A model generated the notes under the pieces. The model searched no databases. It was not told the origin of the DNA and saw only the letters and a list, made by a program, of their open reading frames with translations. The position numbers and the translations under genes were made by a program. Below, piece after piece: positions 1 to 10,456 of a DNA stretch of 64,000 nt. This stretch comes from an uncultured Nitrospinota bacterium (GTDB lineage Bacteria; Tectomicrobia; Entotheonellia; J063; CAVPRW01), in assembly GCA_963707985.1 (NCBI GenBank), contig CAVPRW010000018.1, forward strand, positions 1 to 64,000, given 5' to 3'. Position 1 is the first letter of the stretch, and each line of letters opens with the position of its first letter.

Positions 1-755
1 CTTTCGTGGCCTGCCGCGAGAGCAGATCACGTTCCTGCCCAACGGGGCTGACACGGAGTTCCTGACGCCACAAGTGCCTGCTCATGCGTTGTTAGAGCGC
101 TGGGGATTGTATGGCAAGAGAGTCTTTGTCTATGTTGGGACCCACGCGTACTATCATGGATTGGACACGTTAATCGAGGCAGCCACACTGCTGCGTGATC
201 GGTCAGATATTGCCTTTCTGATGATTGGTGATGGGCCTGAGCGGGAGCGACTCAAGCAGATGAGCAAGAGTCGTGAGCTGACGAACGTGGTCTTTGGGGA
301 ATCCCCGTACGAGGAGATGGATCAGCTCTACTCCATTGCTTACGCTTCTATTGCTACCCTGCGCAAGATGGACGTCGCCAAGAGCATGCGCCTGTCCAAA
401 GTGTTTCCATCGCTGAGTTGTGGAGTCCCCGTGATCTATGCGGGTATAGGTGAGGCCGCCGAATTGCTCGAAGCCAACAGGTGTGGCCTAGTGGTTCAAC
501 CGGAACAACCAGCATTATTGGCCCAGGCTGTGTCACGATTGGCCTCGGAGGAGCCCGCTGCGGGACGACATGGGACGTGCCGGAAGAGCTTTGGTGGAAA
601 GAGAATATAGCTGGTCGTCTATCGTCGGATGTTGGGTTAAAGAGATCGGCATTCCGGATGCACTGGCAAATGGAGCAGCTGTAATGATCTCGGCTTCGTC
701 TACCAATCCAGGGCCTAGACCGCTCTGCACAATTGGAGTGGGGCCATGGAGATAA
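1..755 (+). CDS. Glycosyltransferase family 4 protein, C-terminal part (5' truncated by window; one frameshift near 560)
   Basis: ORF 74..610 (YVGTHAYYHGLDTLIEAA, IGDGPERERL, SCGVPVI) continues in ORF 570..755 (MGRAGRALVEREYSW), the typical GT4 C-terminus. Confidence 0.85.
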
Positions 756-1480
756 AACCGAGCGACTCGTTTGTCCGCAAAGGATCTGAGCCTCGAGGAG
801 GCTCGAATACAGGCTGCCTATGCAAGGCGGCGTGATGGAGCACGCTATTCTTGGTTCGATGCCGGCCATCTCTTTCGCATTCAGGGGCTAGAACGGCTTC
901 TGATGACGCGGTTAAAGCAATATGGGTTTGCATCATTGGATACCAAGAATATTCTTGAGATCGGCTGCGGAACCGGTTACTGGCTGCGCGAATTCATCAA
1001 ATGGGGAGCGCGACCTGAGCATATCGTCGGCATCGATCTGTTATCTGATCGTGTGGCCGAAGCCAAACGGCTCTGTCCTGAGACCGTCGAAATCCGCTGT
1101 GGCAGTGCGGCGGCGCTCTCATTCCCTGATAAGACCTTCGATCTGGTCTTGCAGTCCACGGTTTTCACCTCGATCCTGGACTCCGAGATGAAGCGGCAGA
1201 TAGCCTCCGAGATGCTCCGAGTGCTCAAGGACGAGTGGCCTCATTCTGTGGTATGACTATCATGTCAATAACCCGTGGAACCCCGACGTACAGGGCGTGA
1301 AAAAGCGGGAGATCCATCAGCTGTTTCTCGGCTGTCGGATTGCAGCTGCGACGGATCACACTGGCTCCGCCCCTAGCCCGTCTCATCGCACCCTACTCTT
1401 GGTTGGCCTGCTACCTGTTGGAGAAGATTCCGTTACTCTGTACGCACTATCTGGGGGTTATACAGAAAGGATACAGCCGA
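746..1480 (+). CDS. Class I SAM-dependent methyltransferase (several apparent indels; end approximate)
   Basis: ILEIGCGTG motif I and [18 protein letters not shown] in ORF 771..1256; C-terminal [11 protein letters not shown]...THYLG in ORF 1340..1570. Confidence 0.8.
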
Positions 1481-2644
1481 TGCATGAGGGATTCGTGCCA
1501 TTCGCTATGCCAGACATCGGTGAGGCCGAGATCGAATCGGTGGTGGAGACCCTGCGTTCTGGCTGGCTGACGACCGGCCCAAAGGTGCAAGCAGTTTGAG
1601 GAGGATTTCGCCAAGTATGTGGGCTGTCAGCATGCAGTGGCCGTCAATTCGGCGACGGCGGCCCTGCATCTGGCTCTCGAGCGCCGTAGGCATCGAGGAG
1701 GGCGATGAGGTCCTCGTCCCGACGATGACCTTTGCGGCGACGGCGGAGGTGGTGCTGTATTTCAAGGCCAAGCCGGTGCTGGTGGACTGTCAGCCGGACA
1801 CCTTGAACCTCGACCCCGACCAGATCGAAAAGGCGATCACCGCCAAGACGAAGGCGATCATCCCCGTCCATATCGCCGGGCAAGCCTGCGACATGGATCG
1901 GATCCTGGAGATCGCCAGAGAGTTACGACCTGAGGGTGATCGAAGACGCGGCCCATGCCCTCCCGGCTCGCTATCAGGGGAAGATGATCGGGACGATCGG
2001 CGACATCACCTGCTTTTCGTTCTATGCCACCAAGACGATCACGACCGGCGAAGGCGGCATGGCCACGACGGAGAACCCGGAGTGGGCTGAGCGCATGCGC
2101 ATTATGGGGCTGCACGGCATCAGCAAGGATGCCTGGAAGCGCTATACGGCGGAGGGTTCTGGTACTATGAAATTCTCTACCCCGGCTACAAGTACAATCT
2201 GACGGATATCGCGGCAGCGATCGGCATCGAGCAATTAAAGAAATGCGCACCAGTTTTGGCAGATCAGACAGCGCTATGCCGCGCTGTACAACGAGGGATT
2301 CCAAGATGTCCCAGACATTATCACGCCCGTACGTGGCGCCGGATGTGCAGCACGCCTGGCACCTCTATGTCATTCAGCTGGATCTGAGCAGTTGCGCATC
2401 GGCCGCAATGAGTTCATCGCCCTTCTCAAGCAGGAGAACATCGGCACCAGCGTCCATTTTATTCCCTTACATCTGCATCCATACTACCGCGACACCTTCA
2501 ACTATCGCCCAGAGGACTTTCCCCAACGCCAGTGCCGTTTTCGAGCGCATCATCTCGCTGCCTATCTACCCCAAGATGGCGGAAGCAGATGTTCAGCGAG
2601 TGATCGACGCTGTCCGCAAGATCGCTGCGCAAAAAAGACGGTGA
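1480..2644 (+). CDS. DegT/DnrJ/EryC1/StrS family sugar aminotransferase (several apparent indels)
   Basis: Consecutive fragments: [78 protein letters not shown]. Confidence 0.9.
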
Positions 2645-2685
2645 TGCAGCGGGCTCTCGACCTCACAGCTGCGGCGGTAGGGCGA
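2644..2685 (+). pseudogene. 5' stub of a sugar (phosphoglycosyl) transferase
   Basis: ATG overlaps the DegT stop (TGATG). [13 protein letters not shown] resembles the N-terminus VKRAFDLVVACLG of the intact gene at 6587, then similarity stops. Confidence 0.45.
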
Positions 2686-2722
2686 TGTTCCACTCCCCAC
2701 CGCACGCCTGACCGAGTCTGCA

Positions 2723-3086
2723 TTATTGCAACTCATCATCTTCATCGGTGTCCAAATCTTCCGATGAGCCGTCCTGCGTAATTTCTTTCGAAAACGCGCT
2801 CTCATTGCCATCCATGTCGTAAACCGTCACGGCAAAGTAAAGGACGGTTTCCTCCGGAAGATCGGTGAACGTGTAAGTGGTTTGCAGGCCCACATCGACG
2901 GCCCACATAATCCCCAGGGGAATACCCGTAATAAACCACGTAGCCGGCTACATCAGGGTCATCAACTGCGTCCCACGTGAGTGTCACCTGCGCCGCGCAG
3001 GCAATTGGAGAGAGCAGTAAGAGAAGCGGGACGAACGACTGAAGCCAACCACCCCATGTAGGAGGAACAGCGAGGAGCAAGCGCAT
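2723..3086 (-). CDS. Small secreted fibronectin type III domain protein (main body; original N-terminus at 6359-6401 beyond the IS insertion; one indel near 2905)
   Basis: Signal peptide + AQVTLTWDAVDDPDVAGYVVYYG (ORF 2802..3086) joined to YTFTDLPEETVLYFAVTVYDMDGNESAFSKE (ORF 2723..2908). ORF 6231..6419 supplies MNAERSRVLLLAVPP. Confidence 0.8.
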
Positions 3087-3098
3087 TTAGCTTATCCT

Positions 3099-5302
3099 GA
3101 GGCGATTGAAGAATTCCGAGGCCCACACGCTCGGCCCTTCCGAGCGACGACGTGCCAAATCAACCAGCATCAGGCATCATCAGCAATTCTCACTTTGAAC
3201 ATCCGAATGTGAAAAGCTCCCCACCTGGGGTAATTTTTTAGCCAGTTGGGGAGAGAATCTTCCCACTTGATGGGTGTTGATGGGGTCATAATTGGGCGAG
3301 TTGTCTCCCACCGATCTGCCGAAAATGAGAATTGCTGAGGCATCATAGCGGTTCCAAGCAAAAACTCCTTCTTTTCGAGGAGGAACTGCTATGAGCCGAC
3401 ACATTCTATCGCTTTCCCACGACCAACTCACGGCCTTTGATCTCGACGCCTTTGTCGCCCATGCCGATGCCCTCAACCAGCACAACCGCGACACCTTCAC
3501 CACCCCGTTTCCCAAAGCCCCGAGCCGGTGGCTCTCTCACTATGAATTCACGCCCCATCCCATTGCGTTGACGCTCGAGGGCGATGTCGACGGCGGCCTC
3601 AGTTGGCTCGTCGGCGCCACCCTGGACTTCAGCTTCACCCGCTCCCTCTGTGCGCCCTCACTATGGCGCCCGAGGCGGCCCCTGCTACGACCCGGCCAGC
3701 CTCGTCGTGCTCGAAGTGGCCGCCAAAGTGGATCAGTACGTCGATTACGCCCAGTTCTGTCGCGATCTGCACCAAGCGACAAGGGACGTCGCTACCGGCA
3801 GCTCGCCGGCCTCCATGACGCACGTTCCGGGCGAGGATGATCTGTGCCACTTCCGCTACCGCGTCGGTGACGAGGTCATCCACCAGATCATGGCCGTCGC
3901 GGTGGACTTCCTGTCCACACTTTGGCCTGATCAAAGGCGAGCTGCTCAGTCACCGATGGCCAGCTCGAACCCTCCTATTCGCGCTACAAGGGCTGCACCT
4001 ACGCCTGCGAGGACTGCCAGGCCTTCCGCGCTGCGCGAGGCCGATCGGCAGGCGCTTGGCGAGCAGTTACAAAGCGGGGCCAAGCGGCTCCAGCTCACCT
4101 GTCCCTTTCCCGAGGTCGTCGACAAGGTGCGGGAGGCCACCGCCAAAAAGGGCCACCCCAAGGACCCCAAGGTGACCCTGCTTGAGATCGAGACGGTTCC
4201 TGAGGACAAGGCCTCTACAGCGCAGATCGCCAACACGTGGCCACGCTGCTCGGGCTTGGCCGAAGATGAGGTGCCCCCTGTACGCCTCAAGTGGTGCCAT
4301 CTGAGCCAGGGGCCCCAGCGGCGAGCTCGTGGGCAGCTGCCCCAAGATGCCCTCGGACCTCGAGGCCAAAGTCGGCGTCCACGTCGACACCAAGGACCCC
4401 TCCAAGAAAGAAGAAGTCTTTGGCTACGTGCATCTCAAAACCACCGATCTCAACCCGGAGCTTGGCTCTGGAATTGCCCGTGGGCAACTCCACCTACCCG
4501 GCCAACGCCAATGAGGGCACCGAGTTTATCGCGCATCGCGCCACACTCGCCGTCCCGGTGCGGCCTGGGCAGGTGCAGCTGGGGGACTCGGCCAATGACG
4601 TCACCGCCAACTACGAGTGGCTTCATGAGCGCGGCGCTATCGCCGTCTTTGCCTATAACCGGCGCAACGAGCACCTCGATGAGACGTCTCTTGTTGAACC
4701 GAGGTTACGATCAAAACGGCACGCCCTATGCCCCTTGTGGCCGCTTATGTCACTCCAATGGCTACGACTACCAGGCCGCAGAGCCGACAGTATGTCTGCG
4801 GCCTCCAGTGTCCCCCCGAGGAGCAGCAGCACTGCCCGCACCGCTACGGCGTCCTGGGCTACTAGTCACCGCATGACGTTTCAAAGACCATCCGCGCCTC
4901 ATTGGGCCGATCCAGCGCGGCTCCCAGGCGTGGCAGCGCCTCTATGGGGCTCGCAGCGCCAGTGAACGCACCAACAGCTACGACCAGGAAGTGATCGCCA
5001 AGGCTCACCCCTTACGGATGCGGGGGCTCAAGGCCTTTCGCTTTGCCGGGGCGATCCGGACGTTGGCCCAGCTGCTGCGTCGGGCGCTGAACTTTGTGCT
5101 CGATGTGACCTATACGCTGGGCAAGGTCCCAGTGGCCCAGACCTGAATGATGCGGCTCTTTGACAACTGATCTCTGACCGACTCGGGTTCGATCACCCCA
5201 GTGGGGGATGGGGGAGAGTGCGTCTACAGCTGGGCTTCAACATCCGGTCGATCCCCCACCAAATGGGATGCATGCTGAACACGCGAATTCTTCAATTACC
5301 TC
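3099..5302 (+). mobile_element. Insertion sequence (DDE transposase, IS5/IS1182-like) nested inside the ISAs1 element
   Basis: Terminal IRs GAGGCGATTGAAGAATTC (3099-3116) and GAATTCTTCAATTACCTC (5285-5302), 16/18 match; flanks TTATCCT / TTATACT form an imperfect 7-bp duplication. Confidence 0.8.
3391..5146 (+). CDS. DDE transposase (multiple apparent indels)
   Basis: RBS GAGGAGG before ATG 3391; fragments YDPASLVVLE, SDLEAKVG, FGYVHLKTT, LGDSAND, and RSASERTNS near the end; located between the IRs. Confidence 0.75.
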
Positions 5303-6262
5303 TTATACTGTTAAAACCTGGAAGAGATAGTTGCGATCCCATCCAGCACGCTTTCGCCTGGCTTTGATGCCTCGCTTATGGTGTGGCTCACGCCTGTAAG
5401 AGGTTCAAGGCCATGTGGCGCAGGACAGCGAAGGTGTGGGCTCCCTTGTCTTTGCGAATCCGACAGGCATCCTCATCAAAGGAGACATCGAGAACCCAAT
5501 GGAGGGAAAGCCTCTCGATGCCCCAGTGTTGCCGTACCGCCTGGGCGAACCGCACACCTTGGGCTGGCAGGGAAGTGAGAAAATACCGCGTCTCGACCTG
5601 GACTGTGTCCCCCACTTCACGACGTGCCTCGACCATCCCCACGCTGTTGTTGGTTGTCCTTGAGCGCCAAGACATCATCTGCCCCCTGCTCCGTAATGGT
5701 CTTGGCGATCTCTTTCTGACACCCCATCGCATCAATCGTGACGACCGCCCCGGTGATGTCCAACAGGCGGAGGAGCGTGGGCCTGGCGGTCATGTCATTC
5801 GACTGCTCCTCGACTTTCAGTTGCCCCAATACCAAGCGGTTGGCACTGGCCCAGGCCCTCACCATAGGGATGGCAGCTGTGGCGGTCGCCTGATCGAATG
5901 AATGGCGGAGGGTTTTGCCATCGAGAGACACAATATCTCCCCCCGGAGGCCTCGCTGAGGGCGTGCGTCCACGCGATGAAGCACTGGGTCAGTTCCGCGG
6001 GGTCCAATTGCGATAAGACCCGCCGAAAGGTATCATGCCCCGGAATGCCATGCGGCAGGTCCAGCAGATCGGCGAACCAAGCGGCTTGGGCCTTCCCGTA
6101 CGCTTCGATGTCTTCCCATCCCTCTGCCCCACTGATCACCGCACACACTGCAATGACGAGGATATCCATCAGGAGATGACGGCTATTGGGGGCACAGGGA
6201 CAGCGGGGGTCAGTCAAGGCGGCAAAATGCTCATGAAACGATGAGGGCACACGCATACCCAT
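5303..6262 (-). pseudogene. ISAs1-family transposase with internal deletion near 5650 and frameshifts
   Basis: FAALTDPR, GIPGHDTFRRV, DGKTLRHS, VTIDAMGCQKEIA, VRQHWGIE..LHWVLDVSFDED, RKRAGWD; stop at 5303-5305. Confidence 0.9.
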
Positions 6263-6586
6263 GAGGCGTCCTTCTTTCGATGCAGGGGGCTTCAGATGGC
6301 ACAGTTATCCCCTCACTGTAGCGGAAAACTCTCTCACTTGCTAAATGCGCTTGCCCTGGAGGAACAGCGAGGAGCAAAACGCGGGATCTTTCAGCATTCA
6401 TCAGGTCACCCATCATCAACAGTCGTCAACAATATCGTCAGCTCTTCAATTCCGACGATCGCCTCTAGGCAGAGGAGAGAATGTCAGTTGTGGAGACTTA
6501 GGGGGAATTGAGGAAAGCGGAGAATATACGCAGGTTGGCCGACATGTTCAAGAGAAATAGTAGTCGCTTCGGAAGTCCTATCGGCG

Positions 6587-7177
6587 GTGGTCAAGCGTGC
6601 CTTTGACCTCGTTGTCGCGTGTCTGGGGCTTGTGCTGCTCGCCCCGTTGCTGCTCGCGGTGAGCTTCCTGATCAAGCTCGAGTCGCCGGGGCCGGTTCTG
6701 TTTCGACAAGAGCGCATGGGGCGGGGATTCCACCCCTTTTTTATTCTCAAATTGCGTACCATGGTGCAGGAAGCTCCGCAGCGAGGCGGCCCGATAACTT
6801 TTGGCGCGGATCCTCGTATCACCAGGGTCGGGTGGGTCTTGCGCAAGACCAAAATCGACGAGTTTCCCCAGCTTCTCAATGTTCTCAAGGGCGAGATGAG
6901 TCTAGTTGGACCCCGCCCAGAGGTTCGGAAGTATGTCGAAATGTTCCGTGATGACTATGAGGAGATCCTGCGGGTTTTACCTGGGATCACCGACCTGGCG
7001 TCGCTGAAATATCGGGATGAAGCGGAGATACTCGGCCGTGCGCCGAACCCGGAAGAGGAGTATGTGGCGCGTGTCCTCCCCGAGAAACTGCGGCTAGCCC
7101 ATGAGTACGTGCGACGGTCGTCACTGCTGTTCGATGTTGCGCTCATTCTGAGGACGGTGCTCAAGATTTTTCGATGA
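6587..7177 (+). CDS. Sugar transferase (initiating phosphoglycosyl transferase, Bac_transf family)
   Basis: KRAFDLV..IKLESPGPVLFRQERMG, DPRITRVGWVLRKTKIDEFPQLLNVLKGEMSLVGPRPE, PGITD motifs. Confidence 0.95.
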   Translation: MVKRAFDLVVACLGLVLLAPLLLAVSFLIKLESPGPVLFRQERMGRGFHPFFILKLRTMVQEAPQRGGPITFGADPRITRVGWVLRKTKIDEFPQLLNVLKGEMSLVGPRPEVRKYVEMFRDDYEEILRVLPGITDLASLKYRDEAEILGRAPNPEEEYVARVLPEKLRLAHEYVRRSSLLFDVALILRTVLKIFR

Positions 7178-7305
7178 TCCGCGAATGGTTTCAGAGCTGA
7201 TGCTTGATGAGGTACCGGTGAGGAGCCTGGAGAAGAACCCCTCACCGGAAGGTCGCCAATGCTCCTCGAATGTGGCGATGATGTCACACTCAAGGAGTTG
7301 GAAAC

Positions 7306-8816
7306 CTATTTGGGAACCCCGAGGATATTGATTTCTGCAGCGCTGGTCCACGGGTTGCCGTTGACTTCCGCTTGGGCAACAAAGCGCACAAACTGGCCTG
7401 TCTTGCCTAGAAACGTCAATTCCTTCTCGGTGGTATCCTTTGTCCACGTCCCAGTGGCCACCGCATTTCCCCACTTGACGCCATCCATACTGACATAGAT
7501 CGTATACCTCAGAATAGTCCCGTTCGGACACCCATCCTGCCTGGGCAGATAGCTCAATCCCCAGACCTCATACGTACCACCCAGGGCGATGTCGAGCTTG
7601 TGCGGATGCTCTGGCGCAGAGGCATACCACTCGGTATGCCAGAGGGTATTGGGATCGCCGTCGATCGCATTCTCAGCTCGCCCATCCTCCACAGTATCCT
7701 CCTCGCTATCCACGAACACGACGCTCATCTGTGACTGGGGAATCTCCACCAGAGCCGGGGCGGCAACGGGTGTTCCCAAGACCCGTATTTCAGCGGCACT
7801 GGTCCAGGGCTTGCCATTGACTTCTGATTTGGCCACTAGTCGTACGAACTTGCCAGCATGGCCAGCGAAGAGCACCTTCTTCTTGTTGGCATTCTTGCCA
7901 AACGTGCCACTCGATCACAGGATTGCCCCAATTGACGCCATCGGCGCTGACGTAGAAACTGTACTTCGCGACGGTGCCGTCCAGGCTTCCATCCTGGCGC
8001 GGCAGGTAGGTGAAACCTCCGACCGTATAATTGTTACCTAACGAAATGTACGATCTCATGCGGAGGCTGTGGAGAGGCACCAGACCATTGGGTCTGCCAG
8101 ATGGTCTTGTTGTTCCCGTCGATCGCATTTTGTGCACGTCCATCTGCCCCGGTCAACTCCTCGCTATCCACCGACACCACTTTCATCTGCCAGCGTGGAA
8201 TCTCCGGGAGATTCTGCGGCAGAAACGACGACGCATCCTTGGGATTGGTGCCTTGCTGCACCTCGGCACCATCTTTCACGCCGTCGCCATCCGTATCTGC
8301 CTGTCTTGGATCAGTCCCGTAACGCGTCACCTCCTTGCCATCGCTGAGACCGTCCCCATCCGTATCCGCTAGGTTAGGATCGGTCTTATAAACAGAGATC
8401 TCATCCCAATCATTCAGGCCGTCCCCATCCGTATCGATCTTCGATAGATCATATGACACTTCATTCGAGAAGCCGCTCTCATTCCCAGATGTATCATAGG
8501 CCGTTACAGCGATGTAATAAATTCTATTCTGATCAAGACCCGATAGTGAAGTCGTGGTCGTATCACTGACATTCACGCTGAAGCTGTACTGCCCACTGGC
8601 GTTGCCGTAATACAACTTATAGCCAGCAAGATCCGAGTCGCTTACAGGATCCCAGGCTAGTGTCACAGGAGCTGCAGAGGCCATTGAGGAAAGCAACACA
8701 TAGAACAAGCCAAATGCCCACAGGCCAACACTGAATGAAGCGAGAGAAGCCAGGGAGGAAAGAGGCCGTCTTCTGACGGCAGGGGTAAAGGCGGACAGAC
8801 GGGTCCATCGGGTCAT
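7306..8816 (-). CDS. Secreted protein: FN3 + Ca-binding DxDGDG repeats + two F5/8 type C (discoidin/CBM32-like) domains (two apparent indels near 8040 and 7915)
   Basis: Signal peptide; VTLAWDPVSDSDLAGYKLYYG..TAYDTSGNESGFSNE; three DTDGDG repeats; two copies of VDSEE..NAIDG..W..YLPRQDG..PWTSAAEI across ORFs 8034..8816, 7790..8143 and 7306..7875. Confidence 0.88.
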
Positions 8817-8871
8817 GCTGGGTCTCCTATGGCAGAGGACCCCTGATGCCCGATGGGTGCGTTCCTACGCC

Positions 8872-8960
8872 CCTTCCTTCGGTAGCCCGGCTGTCAGACC
8901 GGTGGTCTGACCCGTGGCTTTGCGCCATCACCTCACGGTGAGTTTGCCTTTTCGGGAAGG
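8872..8960 (-). ncRNA. Cyclic di-GMP-I (GEMM) riboswitch
   Basis: Minus strand reads CCTTCCCGAAAAGGCAAACTCACCGTGAGGTGATGGCGCAAAGCCACGGGTCAGACCACCGGTCTGACAGCCGGGCTACCGAAGGAAGG: GGCAAAC, GNRA-loop P2, CGCAAAGCC and GCCGGGCTACC consensus blocks; ends about 55 nt before the CDS start at 8816. Confidence 0.92.
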
Positions 8961-9071
8961 AGTCCTCGCATTAGTGATGGTGTATCACAGACTGTTCTTG
9001 AGCCGGTCGCGTTTTGCTCAAGCGGGGTTCAGATTGTCTAGCCAAAGAGTGCACTCGAGAGCTATATGATG

Positions 9072-9087
9072 AGCAAAATAAATGCCA
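9072..9087 (-). promoter_or_regulatory. Sigma54 (-24/-12) promoter
   Basis: TGGCATTTATTTTGCT matches TGGCAC-N5-TTGCW with exact GG/GC spacing; AT-rich tract upstream (9088-9135); points into the riboswitch. Confidence 0.7.
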
Positions 9088-9547
9088 TTATATAACTATT
9101 AATTTAATATGATAATTTTTGATATTTTTTACATTTCCGGCCGCAGCTGAGGCAAAGATTTCCCAGGGTCCGCGCCCTTTTTTCCCTCCCTAGGAGAAAG
9201 CGGTCCGACATTGCTCCCGCGGGCTTGTCCCCAGGCGCGCTCAATCGCGGTAGTCTGCAGTGTGGGCAAATAACACATCTGAAAGGGAACTCCTTATACG
9301 TAGAACCGTGGGCGGCGTCTTTGCTCTGCTGCTGGTCTCGGTCACCGGGGACAGGGACCATCCTCGGGAGTATCACACAAGCCCCGCTCACCTTTAGTCC
9401 CTAATCTACCGCGCTAGCTGAGGTTGAGATTCGGAGAGGATATGCGACTCGGCAGCAAGAGAGAGGCTAAGGATGATCAGCTTACCTTTTGTGCTACTAT
9501 GCTGGCATGGTTTGCGTGTAGGGAGTTGCTGGCTGATCCCGGAAGAG

Positions 9548-9928
9548 CTAATCCGGGAGCACCACATCTTTTCCCCAGGCCGTCAGCCGGTGCCGGTCGT
9601 CGAATACCAGCGGGGTGAAGTCGATATCTTCACCCGTTCCTGGTCTATTCGGGAGGCCTGACATACCACCCCCGCTGCTCACCAGCCCTGTGGTGCCCGT
9701 GCGATAATACCAGACGGTTTCGTCAGGGTATTCCTCGACCATCTGGGGTTCCCCCATGACCGCCCGCACTTCGTCCGGGGACATGCCTATATTCAGATTC
9801 ATCAATGCCTGGCGATTTCTCTCGCTCAGGCTGTAGTCTTCGTGATAGCGCCATTGGAACTCCCCTCCGCCGCTTGCACATCCCACCAATATCAGCGCCA
9901 CACACCCCACTCCTAGCAGCACTTTCAC
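9548..9928 (-). CDS. Lipoprotein with SmpA/BamE-like (DUF3192-like) domain
   Basis: Lipobox LVGC; LNIGMSPDEVRAVMGEP..WYYRT..TPLVFD..LTAWG. Confidence 0.75.
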   Translation of the reverse strand: MKVLLGVGCVALILVGCASGGGEFQWRYHEDYSLSERNRQALMNLNIGMSPDEVRAVMGEPQMVEEYPDETVWYYRTGTTGLVSSGGGMSGLPNRPGTGEDIDFTPLVFDDRHRLTAWGKDVVLPD

Positions 9929-10227
9929 GTGACGTCTCTCCTTTCACCGGCAAGGCTTCCCCCTATGAACCTGAATAGGATCCCTCTGCGGTAACAATGC
10001 CCCGATTCCCTTCTGCACCACGCCAGAGTTTTTCGCTTATGGACCGTCCTGCTGGGCTCTAAGGGGTTCATACGCTTATCAGCGAGCCACCGCACTATGG
10101 CCATCGAAGGTAGGCCAGGGCGTCGAGCACTATACGGTATTGGTTAGGAGCATGTCTAGGCTCTTCATCAGCAAATTTTCATGCACTGTAGCGTATGGCA
10201 ATGCCGCACGCTGAGGCGGGGGAGGCG

Positions 10228-10256
10228 TTGACAAGATACGTCGCTGTCTATACACT
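10228..10256 (+). promoter_or_regulatory. Sigma70-type promoter
   Basis: TTGACA-N17-TACACT; no confident CDS until 10721. Confidence 0.6.
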
Positions 10257-10456
10257 CGGGCTAACGATATTATGCCTATGCACTTGGGACCTGCAGCGAT
10301 CGTAGGGATCACGGGCAAACATGAGTGGAGACGCATGACACCGCATACTTATGCAGCGGTAGAAGAGGTGCGCTGCGGTGCGAATAACCGCTACCGTGCT
10401 CGGGTATGCAAGGGGTCAGAGGACATTTCGGTGGGTGGAGGGTGTAGGATGAAGGC

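Larger units (their letters stand above)
3072..6358 (-). mobile_element. ISAs1-family element carrying a nested IS; 10-bp target duplication GAGGAACAGC (3062-3071 / 6359-6368)
   Basis: Right IR CTAAATGCGCTTGCCCTG (6341-6358); left end shares GCAAGCGCATTTAG (3077-3090); same IR as the copy at 58916-60163. Confidence 0.85.

Noticed and set aside
1..2644. Glycan genes as true pseudogenes
   Set aside because: Many single-base indels but motifs are fully conserved; the pattern fits low-coverage long-read error.
8872..8960. cGAMP-sensing (GEMM-Ib) variant
   Set aside because: The discriminating position reads G (AAGGCAAAC), as in c-di-GMP binders.
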